NCBI GenBank assembly: GCA_905178155.1
Contig: CAJINV010000001.1
Coordinates: forward strand, 7,671,429 to 7,735,428
Source of the DNA: Amoebophrya sp. A120
Taxonomy: Eukaryota; Protista; Dinoflagellata
Length of the DNA: 64,000 bases
Direction: 5' to 3'
Shown: in pieces, positions 46,832-58,120 of the stretch
How positions within the stretch are numbered: the stretch's first letter is position 1
Layout: each line of letters begins with the position of its first letter
The notes under the pieces: model-generated
Seen by the model: only the letters and a program-made list of their open reading frames with translations
Database searches by the model: none
Told to the model about the DNA's origin: nothing
Position numbers and translations under genes: made by a program

Positions 46832-48181
46832 TTAAAGATTACGCCCTCTCCAAAGCAAGAAACAAACTTGATGATCGTCCGAATCCTGCCCAAAATCGGG
46901 AGCTAGTAGGCAAATTGGCAGCGCTGGAACACGACGTTCTCGGCCTCGTGGGTGCGCCTCGTCCCAGTCCTCCGCTTCAGTAATACTCATCTTCAGATCG
47001 TCTTCAGCGAAGAGCAGGCGCGCGACGCCCTGCACGTGGTCGGCCAGCAGCGGCCCCCCTAGCATTTCGTGCAAGTCCCGCGCGAATAGTGGAGGAAGGT
47101 CTCCGTTTGGCAACCGAGGAGCTCCATTCCATTCTTCCTCCGTCAAAACGTACTCTGGCGAACCGGCCGCAAAAGCTTTCGTCGCTTGAGCCATGATGTA
47201 CTCGCACGCACGAAAGCACCCAGCATTTATCGCATCAACTAGTACTTTTTTTGGCCCGGACAACATCATGCTCGGTTCGGGAAGTGACTCCTTGTCCAGC
47301 GAGTTAAATCGCCGCATTTGGTCCATCCGGAAAATTTCGCGAGTACTATAGAACCGCTCGCCCATCCCCTCCCACTCTATCTTGAATGGTAATTTTCGGT
47401 GCCCGGCCACAAAGATGAACTCGACCCGCTTTCCCCGAGTACTCAGCGGCGCAGCGGCCAAAACTTCTGCCGTGACGCTAAGAAAACCCTCGCCCCGCCG
47501 CGCCGCCTCCATGCACAGTGCCTCATAGTAGGCGCATGCCCGCAGCCGGTCGCTGGCCCGGACTTCTGCAAGCACTTTCTTGACGCCTCGGCACCTGCTT
47601 CGATGGGCTGGGCTGACCCGGGTGGCCCGAGAAACACGCGAATCTTCTGGCGCAATTCCTCCGGAAAGCTTGATGCGGGTAAAACCTCTCCCTTGGCGCG
47701 GATTCGGTTGACCGCCCGGACGACAAAAGTGCTTATCTGAGCCAAGAAGTTTTGATTTTCTCATTGGAGCGCACCATGATGTTGAGGCTTGAGCATAGCT
47801 TGCACGCTTAGCATCACGCGGCTAACTTCACGCGTCCCATTGACTGACTACGGATACAACAAGGACCGCCACTACGACTGCCTCCAACACGAGCCTACTA
47901 CTTCGTTATCGTTGGTTAGCGTCTGCAAAAGTAACATCAAATTTACCGCACGTCGTTACCTGCGCGTTCTTTATCGCCTTGTCAATGCGGTCCGGCTTCA
48001 TATTACCTCCCCCTGCTTTTTCCAAAGTGGACGCCCAGTCTTTGAACTCTCCAGAGTAGTTGGCCAGAATTTCGTCGAACGGCTGCGGTCGTAGAGCTGC
48101 CGTGCCAGCCACAGGTACTGACGTCGCAGCATCGACAGAGGACGCAGAGGCAAAACCAACCGCCTCCGCCGCCATCACCAT
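46832..48181 (-). CDS. Hypothetical protein (2+ exons; acceptor uncertain or frameshift near 47590)
   Basis: ORF 47906..48181 ends at CAG|GTAACG (47959). Downstream protein-like frames are 47443..47745 and 46832..47764. Confidence 0.45.
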
Positions 48182-48482
48182 CTCTTCCTTTTACAAGAAA
48201 AAGAACTTTATCCCTTTGGATGGAAGTACCTACTTAAGTATAAGTACGTGACCGAATCGAAGATAAAGACCTCGCAAATCTGTCGGAAAATCGATCAACT
48301 TTTCAGAACCCCTTCTTCGTGCTTTCGTCTCGTAGCGCAACTTCTTTCCAGCAGAGCAAATCCACAAGAACAACAGCCGTACCAGAAAAGAAAGAGTCGC
48401 CTGCCCTTATGTTTTGAGGCTTCTCGCATTTTTGTTCAGTTTTCGAAATTGCCAGCAAAGCGGAAGGGATTGCCAATTATCA

Positions 48483-51400
48483 TCATTGACTCTTGCACTC
48501 TACGGCGACATGGAGACGGGCCTTTGAGAGGTCCCAACCTCCTCCAGACTCTGCCCCTGGCGCATAATGGAGCCGGAGGCCGCGGTGCCCGAAGTGCTGC
48601 AGAAGAGTGGCGCTCGGGATGCTCAATTGCCCGATCAGGTACTTCTCCCGCCCGCCAAAGAAGGCTTTCAGTACCGCGTTCGGTTTTCCCTCGTAGAACA
48701 GCTGAAGGTAGAAGTACACGTCCTCGCTGTGCGTAACGTCGTCAGCCACCAGCTTCAAAACTTCATTGAACTCAGGCCTTCGGGAATTCAGGTTCGCCTT
48801 CCCGGAGGAACGAGCTTTTGCTGCACGGGTTTTGGCGGAAAACAGCATAGTTGCCGGCTTCACCGTCTTGTACAGCGTGCAGTCGTCTAGCTCGGCATCC
48901 GTCAGGCAGTGCCGTGGGTCTCCGCCCTTGCATAAACGCGCTTCGGCGAAGAGCTTGACGGGTTCCCGCACGTTTTCTAATGGGAACGGCGGAAAGTGCG
49001 ACGGCAGCACGGCTTTCAGCAACCGCACTTGTACGCCGAGCTCCTTATCCGCTTCATATTCCACCTTCTCAAACTTCAGAAAAAACTCCCCCTCGGTCGT
49101 CGCAGGCCGGTCGCCATTTTCATGATCTCCTTCCATTCTTGCGCTAGTTGCCCCGCGACTTACACCGCCACCGAGCAGACCGCCTTCTAAAGATTCATCG
49201 TCCTGCCGCTGACCCGAGGCGAAAAGCTTCAGTTTGCGCGACCGCACGCCGCGGAGCTGAAAGATTTCGTGCACGCCGATGCTGCAGCGGCCCAGAAGGT
49301 CATGCGCGAGGAGCATCGAGGAATCGAAAACTTCGACATGGACAAACAGGTTCCTCTCCTCAGAAGACAAAGGCCCCAGCGCCAGCCGCTGCTTGAAGTT
49401 GACCGACGTGCCCGCTCGGGTGTGGGTGGTTTTCTGCTCAAGTACCGCACTGGCATCCTCATCATCTTTGAGCGGATTTCCCCGAGTCAAGTTCACCCGC
49501 GCGAAGGGGTAGCAGCCCTTGCCACCGAACATTTTCGTCCGCGTCTGCGGTAGGCCTCGCGCGTGCGTCACGTTCACGGCAAGGAGGACTTTTTTGGGCG
49601 GTTCCGGCAATTGATCGGTCTCATGATCAGTTCCGATCCCCGCCAGGTATGAACTGTTCCGAGTGCCAACCTCTTCTAATGAACCCGCAGGCGCTAACCG
49701 CACGACTAGTCCGGCTTTCGCCTTGCTGCGCCTCATGCGCGCATGCACTACGTCTATCGCCTGCGGGAGGATTGAACCGCTGGTCAGACTGCCGAAGAGA
49801 CGAAGGACGGTCGATGAGTCCGCGTGTCGTTGAAATTCTGATTGTTCTTGTGAACTTTCCTCCACCCGCTGTGCGGGTCTTCTGGTTCCGTCCAGAGTAG
49901 AGGCAACTTTACCATTTTGATTTTCGTCAGAGAAATTTCCGTCCGAGCTGCTCGTGTCGCCGCTCGCGTCGTCTACGCTGGCGCTCCGAGCACAGTGCAG
50001 GCGAACAGGTTGCAGGCCGTGATACTGCAGCAGGTTGGAGAAGGGGATCTTAAAGTGGCACAACGGCTGCCAGTCGCGCGCGAACAAGTAGCTGGTCGAC
50101 TCTTCCTGCCCCCACACAACGACGTGAAACATCGAAAAGAGCTGGTCGGCGACGTCGTGCAGGTCCCAGCTTTCATACAGTGCGTCGCTCTGGTTCTCTG
50201 GTGGCCGGAACAACTTTCCCGTTAGAGCCTCCAAATCGAAACTGAGCTCGGAATCGAACGCAAAAACAGCTCCCGGCTGCGCTGACACCTTGTCCGTTTC
50301 CTGCGAAGCCGCGGTCATCGCGGCCAAGTCCTTCCCACAGCGCGCCTCGAGATTCTTCTTCGCGCGCACCTCCTGCCGCGACGGCCGCTTAATCTTTTCG
50401 AACAGCTCGCGCTTCCGCTCGTAGTCTGCTGCGCGCTCCTCGGGAAAAAAAAAGTACTCGTCTTCTTCAGGATCGTAAGAATCCTGCTCGTCTCGCAGCA
50501 GCAATCGCATTTCCACCTTCACCTTTGCCCGAGAAAAAAGGTCCCGCCTCCCCAAGTTTCGCACTGCGCCCACCTTCCACACCACTTGCTCCGTGTTCAG
50601 TGTGGTCAGTCCCAAATCAATCTCCGCGGCACTGACATCCACTGCCTGCGTAAGTCGCAACGGCTGCTGAAAGTCGGAGTTGTTCGGCTGCCTTTGCGCG
50701 GCGCTCCCGGAGCGAGAAATTCGCTCAGCAATATGTCGCGGCACAGCGACGCGCACGAAATTCTTCCAGGGTCGCAGTCCCGCGGACTCAAATACTCCAC
50801 GAAGCGGCATCTCGCCCTGCACGATCTCCTCGAACAAGTTTTGCTGCGTTCGTGAGTCCACACGGAAGTGAAGCACGCGAAGGCCCAGCGAGAGTGTTTC
50901 GTCGTGGAGCGGCACGGTGTCGAGAACGAGCTCCTCCTCTCCCCAGCCGTAGAAGGCAGGAAACTGCTTTCCGTTATTCAGTTCCGTCGTGGCAGGTTCT
51001 AGGGCTAGGAATTTCCCCACGCCACTGTCTTGCAAAAGACACACTTCCACGAACAACGCCCCGTCCACGACAGTGCCTTTCATTCGGCTGGTTTCCTTCA
51101 CAAGCACCTTCCCAGTGGCCGACAGTGCGAGGTCGGATCTGGACCGCCACGGACGAGGCAGATTGCGAGCATAATCGACGCGGATACGCACCGGCAGGAG
51201 CTGCTCCCCGCCTGCCCGCAGCGCGGCAGCGTCCAAAATGTTCGGCACCACCTCCGTCCTCGTGCGCGTTCGCTCGTCAGGTTCGATAGCATTGTCGTAG
51301 TCGGGTAGCGGTTCCTCCATGACGCCGCTGGCCAGGAAACTGCACCAGATCCCAGCGTTGGCGACCAGCGGAAACTTCGGCCGCGACAGTGCGGGTTCGA

Positions 51401-53792
51401 ACACGGGCTGGAGCTTGATAGGGCGCTGGCCCGAGTACCGCAGTAGCTTGTATAGGTTGATGGACCAGTGCCCTAGCGCGTTCTCGAGGCTCACCTGGCT
51501 AGACCGGTACAACACGAGCGACACAAAGATGTCGTTCGCAGGAACCGTAGAAACCGAGAGCTCCGTGTTCCACTCGCAACTGCGGTGCTCGCAGAACTTG
51601 GAGGCCGTCCGACTCGACGCCAGCGCACCCTCGGCGTCACAAGGCTTTTTGCGGGGGTCTCCGCGGACGCAGCGAAGCTCCACGAACGCCTTCAGTTGAA
51701 AGGAAGACACGCCCAGCACGTGACCCACAAAGCAGGTGACGGTGATACGGCCGGACTTGTCGGGCGCCACTTTGCCGAATCGCGCACGCAGCCGCAAAAT
51801 GCGGAAGTTGGTGGAAAAGTGCCGTTTCCGGTGCACGTTCATCTGCACCATGTTCCCCGCACCGCGGCTCGGCGCGTCGTCTGCGTCCGAACCGCCCGCG
51901 CTGGTCGCTTCGTCGTTTGCCGAGCTGTCCGTGGTCGGCAAGCTGCCCTCCGACATGACTGACGGGTTTTCGCTTTCTGCATCTCCGACAGCGCGGTCAC
52001 CGGCGGAGTTTGATCTTTTCATGCCTTTTTCCCGCTTGTTGTTGGCTGCGGGCGTATTTGATGATGAAGAAGTTGCCTTCATGACGCCCGTGTCGCCGTC
52101 CTCGTCCATTTTCGCCGCCCCACTTCTTCGACGCTCACTCATTCGCCTGTCCTTGCGCAGCAGCTTGTCAGCACTTTTCCTCCCCATCGCTCCGCGTCTT
52201 GCACCCCCACCCCGACGGCCGGTAACCAGGGGTCGGATGCGTAGATACTTGACGCCGCGCACCTCAAGCAGATCTGCGAAGGGCACAGTGCAGTGCGCGA
52301 ATTTCTGATCAAGTACGTAGTCGGCGTCCCAACACTCAATGTACACGAACATATCCTCTCCGTCCCACGGCTGCACGATGTGGTTGCCTACGTCGAGGTC
52401 CACCAGCGTGTCCCAAACCGGCTCCTGCGATCCGCTGACGAAGTCGGTGCGGCTAACGGGCGTTTGCACCTCGTACCGGGGAACCCGCTGCAGCGGTTCC
52501 CCCTTCACCAATGAGACGCACACATAGGGATCGCACCGCCCCACCGTGCCCGCGGAATGTTCCCAGGCCGTGTCCGTTGCGGGGAGCCCGCGCGCGTGAT
52601 GCACCAACACCTGCATCGCCACAAAATACGGGTCCGTTTCATCGTCAAAAGGCACCAGCGCAGCCCCCAGCTGCGATCCCAGTTGAGACAGCCAGTCCCC
52701 CGCGGCTGCCCTACGCGGCTCCACCTCGAGCACTGGTTTCTTCACCGACGCCGCTCCTACCAGCCGCGCTTCCTGTAGGCTCATTTCCGCAGTGCCTACG
52801 CCGTCCAGCTTGTTTGCCGAACTGGTAGCAGTGGACGACTTGTCCATACCAACAGACAAGCCCTTAGTGTCGCCAGTGGGACTCTGGCTCTTGTTCCCTT
52901 CTTGCTCAGAGACTGGAGCACTGGATCCCTCTTTCCCTGCCCGGCCAAGGTGCTTCTTTAGCTGTGCCTGCGCCCGAGCCACCATCATGCGCGTATTGGC
53001 AGTCTTCTCAAGATCGGCCGTGGCGCGGTGCTGCGCTTCTTGCTCGGATCGAAGCCGCTTCATTTCTGCCGCCAGCGCTGCTTCCTCGGCGGCCGCCTGG
53101 CGCTTGCGCTCCTGCTGCTCTCGCTCGGCGTCTTCCTTAGCCTCGGCCTCCAAGCGCAAGCGCTTTCGTTCCTCCCACAAATTTACAGCCCCAAAAAAGT
53201 GCTGCTGATTTGATAATACCACTTGCTGGCGACTTTCCTCAGAAATGACGGTGTTTGGTAGTTGGGATCCTGTTGCGGCATGGTAGGTGTCACCGAAGAA
53301 TGTCCCCTCTGCAGACCCTGCTGCCGCACCCGTGACAGCAGAACTCTCCAATGGCTCTGTCAGCGAGTTTGCGGGGCCCGCCGAAATAACGGAGCGCGTC
53401 GCAGCTTGTCCATGTCGAGGAGTTTGGAGAAGGCTCGCCGGGTCATATTCCTCGGGAAAAAAAGTACTCAGATGTTGGTATTTCCTGTGTTTGCGATCGA
53501 CTGGTTGCGCGGTTGGCTGTTGCTGGGAAACCACTTTTACAGCTCTGCTTTTCGCTGCAGAGTGCGGGGTCCTAGTCTGCGGCAAAAAATTCGCTTGCAG
53601 TCCTGTCGCATTTTCCCTTTGGTGAGCACCACCACCATGGTGGTACTGATATCCCCGAAGATCAAGCGAACGACGCTGAGATGCGCTACTGGAGTCCAGC
53701 TCTGGTTGCCTTGGCTGGAGAACCGGAGGCCGCTGCGTGAGCAGCTCTGACCAGGCCGTCTGACCATATCGCTGTCCTTCGCAACCAAGCAT
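48483..53792 (-). CDS. Multiple C2-domain protein (5' exons uncertain)
   Basis: 1769-aa ORF with repeated C2 motifs, e.g. VLVHHARGLPATD...CDPYVCVSL...TDFVSGSQEPVW...VYIECWDAD and VNVTHARGLP...YPFARV...VHVEVFDS...DLLGRCSI. Confidence 0.85.
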   Translation of the reverse strand: MLGCEGQRYGQTAWSELLTQRPPVLQPRQPELDSSSASQRRSLDLRGYQYHHGGGAHQRENATGLQANFLPQTRTPHSAAKSRAVKVVSQQQPTAQPVDRKHRKYQHLSTFFPEEYDPASLLQTPRHGQAATRSVISAGPANSLTEPLESSAVTGAAAGSAEGTFFGDTYHAATGSQLPNTVISEESRQQVVLSNQQHFFGAVNLWEERKRLRLEAEAKEDAEREQQERKRQAAAEEAALAAEMKRLRSEQEAQHRATADLEKTANTRMMVARAQAQLKKHLGRAGKEGSSAPVSEQEGNKSQSPTGDTKGLSVGMDKSSTATSSANKLDGVGTAEMSLQEARLVGAASVKKPVLEVEPRRAAAGDWLSQLGSQLGAALVPFDDETDPYFVAMQVLVHHARGLPATDTAWEHSAGTVGRCDPYVCVSLVKGEPLQRVPRYEVQTPVSRTDFVSGSQEPVWDTLVDLDVGNHIVQPWDGEDMFVYIECWDADYVLDQKFAHCTVPFADLLEVRGVKYLRIRPLVTGRRGGGARRGAMGRKSADKLLRKDRRMSERRRSGAAKMDEDGDTGVMKATSSSSNTPAANNKREKGMKRSNSAGDRAVGDAESENPSVMSEGSLPTTDSSANDEATSAGGSDADDAPSRGAGNMVQMNVHRKRHFSTNFRILRLRARFGKVAPDKSGRITVTCFVGHVLGVSSFQLKAFVELRCVRGDPRKKPCDAEGALASSRTASKFCEHRSCEWNTELSVSTVPANDIFVSLVLYRSSQVSLENALGHWSINLYKLLRYSGQRPIKLQPVFEPALSRPKFPLVANAGIWCSFLASGVMEEPLPDYDNAIEPDERTRTRTEVVPNILDAAALRAGGEQLLPVRIRVDYARNLPRPWRSRSDLALSATGKVLVKETSRMKGTVVDGALFVEVCLLQDSGVGKFLALEPATTELNNGKQFPAFYGWGEEELVLDTVPLHDETLSLGLRVLHFRVDSRTQQNLFEEIVQGEMPLRGVFESAGLRPWKNFVRVAVPRHIAERISRSGSAAQRQPNNSDFQQPLRLTQAVDVSAAEIDLGLTTLNTEQVVWKVGAVRNLGRRDLFSRAKVKVEMRLLLRDEQDSYDPEEDEYFFFPEERAADYERKRELFEKIKRPSRQEVRAKKNLEARCGKDLAAMTAASQETDKVSAQPGAVFAFDSELSFDLEALTGKLFRPPENQSDALYESWDLHDVADQLFSMFHVVVWGQEESTSYLFARDWQPLCHFKIPFSNLLQYHGLQPVRLHCARSASVDDASGDTSSSDGNFSDENQNGKVASTLDGTRRPAQRVEESSQEQSEFQRHADSSTVLRLFGSLTSGSILPQAIDVVHARMRRSKAKAGLVVRLAPAGSLEEVGTRNSSYLAGIGTDHETDQLPEPPKKVLLAVNVTHARGLPQTRTKMFGGKGCYPFARVNLTRGNPLKDDEDASAVLEQKTTHTRAGTSVNFKQRLALGPLSSEERNLFVHVEVFDSSMLLAHDLLGRCSIGVHEIFQLRGVRSRKLKLFASGQRQDDESLEGGLLGGGVSRGATSARMEGDHENGDRPATTEGEFFLKFEKVEYEADKELGVQVRLLKAVLPSHFPPFPLENVREPVKLFAEARLCKGGDPRHCLTDAELDDCTLYKTVKPATMLFSAKTRAAKARSSGKANLNSRRPEFNEVLKLVADDVTHSEDVYFYLQLFYEGKPNAVLKAFFGGREKYLIGQLSIPSATLLQHFGHRGLRLHYAPGAESGGGWDLSKARLHVAVECKSQ

Positions 53793-54970
53793 TGTGGTGC
53801 CACAAGTTGGATTCGGATTGGTAGGCTCAGATGCGATGCGAATGCCCGTGCTAGTTGAGAACTAATTTCGGGTGGAAATGGTGATGTTGCGCGGTTACAA
53901 TTACCGTCCGATCGCTGCCCCAAGGGCTATTACCTTCAAGAATTCGCCGACACCGTAGGCCGGATCAGCCAAGAAGTGGTCGCGCAGCTAAGTCAAAAGC
54001 GTCTGGCTCGGTTGCGCGCGCTTCCTCGGGATGATGCACGAAGGTCAGACGTCGCGCTTTCATTCTTAGCCTCAAAGAAGTGATTTAGCTCTTACTCTGT
54101 TGCATTTGAGGTCTTGAGGTGATGGGCCAGTAATAGCACCAAAAACGCCGTCGTCATTTTTTAGCAATCCCGGCATGCAAGTCTGAGAAGTTCTTGAAAC
54201 TTTATGTTAGAGAACAAAAAACGGAGGAAAACACAAAAGCGAAACCGCCCATTTCATATCTATAGCGGCAAGCATAAATATCTTCACAAATTGGCACACC
54301 TAAAGGTACTCCGTGATACCACAGCACTGACGACAATCATGCGAAACACCCACGACCGAGTCCAAGACGGTTCTGCTGTGCAACATATCGAAATATTTAT
54401 CCTCGAGAGACGATTTCCAATGAATCTTTGTTCGATCATATTTACAACCACTCGAAAGGCTACAACAATTTATTATACAACAATGGGACGACTATGGTTA
54501 GTTTGAGCGCACCTCGTCCGCCTCCAATCTAGCGACGACTTGATCGACGACGTAATCACGACGAGCGACGCGACTCAAACAGAGCTAGGAACGACCTTCA
54601 CACTTGAGTTCGGGGGCTCCGGACGAAGGAAAAGGTTACTACTTTTTCACCGATGTGGAATCGAATTCAAGGGACCTGGTCTACACTAATGGAAACAGCC
54701 GAATGCAAGCGGTGTTATGGTCGCTTCAGGCTCTTCGTGTTTTCGTGCCCCCTTCGATTTTGATTAGCCAAGCAGCTAATCCAGCGGTACAGAGATTGAT
54801 TGATAGATTCATTTAGAATTAGAATTAGATATAATAAAATTACAAAATCTTTCGTTGTCATTTTTGCAGCAGAGCGCGACCATGCTGTTGTGGACTCATT
54901 ATGTATTGAAACACAAACGATAGAAATTGTCCAAGTTCATTTTTTTACAACTACTGTGGTCCCTGTGACC

Positions 54971-57467
54971 TTAGACCCTCCCGCTGCCTGCGAATAAATC
55001 TCCGGTCGTCTGCAGTGCAGGTGACGCTGGCGGCATGCTACTTGATCGCTTTTTACCCTCCTTGCTAGCGGTATCACTATCGTCCGTCTTCGCCAAAAAC
55101 TCCCTGTACAAGACCTTGATCTCGTCGCGATACGCGTGCAGGAAGAATCCGACGATTGGCCCCATCGCCGTGCTCCACCCGATCAGTTCCAGCCATCCAG
55201 ACTTCGGCGGTCGCAGGAACACATCCGTGATGAAAAGAGCGAGTAGCAGGCCTCCAGTCAACACCGGACCGACATAACGAATGCACACGGCGAGTATTCT
55301 CCGATTGTTCAAAAGAAACGTCTCCAACTTCGGTGGAAATAAGGAGCCCTGTTGTTCTGCTTCTAAAGTTCGCTCGGCTGCTGGAACTACATTCTCCGGA
55401 CCGGTCCCACCTGCGTTTGGCGACGTTGCATTGCTAAAACTCGATAACCGGTTCTGCTGACTTGCTTCGTTCCGGCAGCACGCATCTACGATGAGGCAGT
55501 GCGTCTTTTCTACGCCCACCACGTAGCCGAAGAGAATGAACTCTAGAAAAGCAGAGAAGAGCAAGCAGTACGTTGGCGCAAAGTGGTCTACCGTTTCCAG
55601 CATGTACACGCCATTTCGACTCGCGTAGACCAAACTTGTGAGCCCCAAGAAGAGGCAAATCAAGCCGGTGACGCGCTCGCGGAGGTGACTGGCAGAAGTG
55701 GATCGTGTTTCCTCGTCGAGCGCATCTGCATTGCTGCGATTTGTGTTGTTCCGGGCACTGCTTCCGAAGCGATGGACTATGCTTTTCCACATACTTTGCG
55801 GATTGCTACCCGCATTTCTCGAAGTCGAGTCAAGGCCGACATTCGGTGCTTGTTCTACTGACGCGCTGTTTGCAGAAATCCCTCCCTCTTCCCGCAAGGA
55901 GGACAGCGCCTTCTTTATCCTCGTTTCGCTCGCGGTTGCAAAATGGTCCATGGCATAGGTAACCAAAGTCTGCACCCATGCGAAACTGCTGTCCAGCCCG
56001 AGCAGCACCAAAGTGAAGAAAAAGAACCAGGAAAAGATCGTGGGCATCTGCGCTAATGCCCGTGGAAACACGACGAAGGTCAGGCCCGCGCCCTCCTGCG
56101 CCACGGCTTCCACGGTCGTATTCTCGGCGAACGCCAGGTTGCCGCACACGGAAAACACGACAAAGCCGGCGAAAATGGAGAACCCGGAGTTACTAACGGT
56201 GATCAGCAACGCATCGGACAGCAAGTGCGAGTAGTTCGGCGGGTTGTAGCTCGCGAGGGCGATCGCCGCGCCGGTGGCGGGGGACAGCGAGAAGAGAATT
56301 TGTCCGCACGCTGCGGACCACGTGTCGAGACGAAAGATGTACTCGAGCTTCGGTTTCAGATAGTACGCGATTCCGTTGCCCGCACCCTCGAGCGACGCGG
56401 CCTTGATCAGCAGAATCGTGATCAAAACGAAGGGCATGATGACGGTGAAGTACGCGACCTTCCCCGCACTGTGGATCCCCTTCACGAGGCACAGATACGT
56501 GATTACCCAGACGCCAATCACGGCGAACAGCAAGTGCGCCGGCGCCTGCCAATTGTAGGCCTTGTAGGCGTCAAAGGAGTCCGCCTTCTGCAACACGTCG
56601 TCCTCAAAGTAGTCCTTCGTGTCTGCGTCTGACCAGGGAACCTCGGACGCCCTGTCATTGTAATTCACAAATTGATATTTAGATGTTCGTTTATTTTTCA
56701 TATCCACAGTGCAGAATTTTGAATTTGAAGAGTGCGCGCCCCGCCCTTGCAGCTCGCACTTCTGATGGTGAGACACCGCAAAGAACGGCCAATGCTGAAT
56801 CGAAGAACAAGATAGAAGCTGCTTCCTTCAGTTATCTTCTACGCTGCAAGTTTATTGTGAATCAGAATTTCTATTTTCAAGGCACCAACAGCTCCTACCA
56901 TCCGAAGCTCCGGCAGAAGAAAACCAACGCCCAGGCGATGACCATCTGGTAGTATCCCAATATCCACACGTTCATCCAGGCGGCGATGTAGGCGACACCC
57001 TCAAACCTCTTGTTCAGCGCCCGGAAACACTGGACCGGGCCCGTCTGATAGATTTGCCCGATCACCAGTTCCAGGAAGAAAAGCGGAAACGCGCAGAGAC
57101 ACAAGCAGACCAAGTACACAACCACAAAAGCGCCGCCGCCGTGCTTCCCGCACAGAAAGGGGAACCGCCACAGGTTGCCGATGCCGATCGCGTAGCCCAT
57201 CAGCACCATGAGGAAATCCCCGCGGTTGCGCCATTGGGGCCGGTCGAGCGTTTGGCTTTCGTTAGCAGAAGACGCAGGCGTTTGCGCTTCTAGGTTTTCA
57301 ACTACTAGAGCGTCCGCAGGAATGGTGCCGATTGCCTCCGTTGCAGCGTCCGGCCGCTTCGTTGCACTCGTGCGACCGATCACGGTTGCCGAGCCTTTGG
57401 TGTCGACGGAGGTATCCATGGCGCTGGCGTCGGTCCTACCGGGGGAACGACCAAAAAGCGCCGGCAT
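54971..57467 (-). CDS. Sodium:neurotransmitter symporter (SLC6/NSS) family transporter; exons 57467-56899, 56651-54971
   Basis: RPQWRNRGDFLMVLMGYAIGIGNLWRFPFLCGKHGGGAF signature, WSAACGQILFSLS and GLTFVVFP...GLDSSF. GT-AG intron at 56652-56898. Confidence 0.92.
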
Positions 57468-58120
57468 CTTCGTACGTTCTTAGAAGACAGACTGGTGCAC
57501 TACCGTGGGTTGTGGCTAACTACATGTAAACCAAGGGGGCAAATCAATGACTCAGTCAGACGCAGATCTTCAGACGAACATTGCATTTTTTTACATGTCC
57601 ATCATAGATGTGTTATTGAATCACGTTGTTCTCGCTCATCGTCCGTCCAAACGTGAAGTCGGGGCGTCTCCAACGCTCTCAAATTACATGACGTCTGCAT
57701 GTACTCGTCGAGAACGAGGAGGAGACTCGCAAAAGCACACAGCCGGCATTCCCGACAGGAAATTTCATATTCGTAGTATACTAGCCATGCATACTTGCGT
57801 CCAAAGTAGTACTCTCTTTCTTTCCAGTACATGCGTTGACCAAAATGTCGTGTACAGGTAAATTGTGGCAACAGCACACGACGTTGCACTTCTGTTCAAG
57901 TCGCGCTTTTACGATCTATTTTACATAGACCGCAAGGAATGACAAGGAAAACGAGATTAGGAGCATATGCAACGGAAACGGAAACTTGAAGCACAACGAC
58001 TTTCAATCGAATTTGTCATGAATTTTGATTTTCACAATTTGAGTAGATCTTTCAATGGGTATAGAAGAATAAAAGCACTGGTTGGAAATAACCTGCGGGG
58101 TTAAGGAGCGGAAATGCTGT

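Noticed and set aside
47730-47750. Dinoflagellate spliced-leader relic (ttggctcag on minus strand)
   Set aside because: Only ~8 nt match, not significant; no full SL, tRNA or rRNA gene was recognised anywhere in the window.
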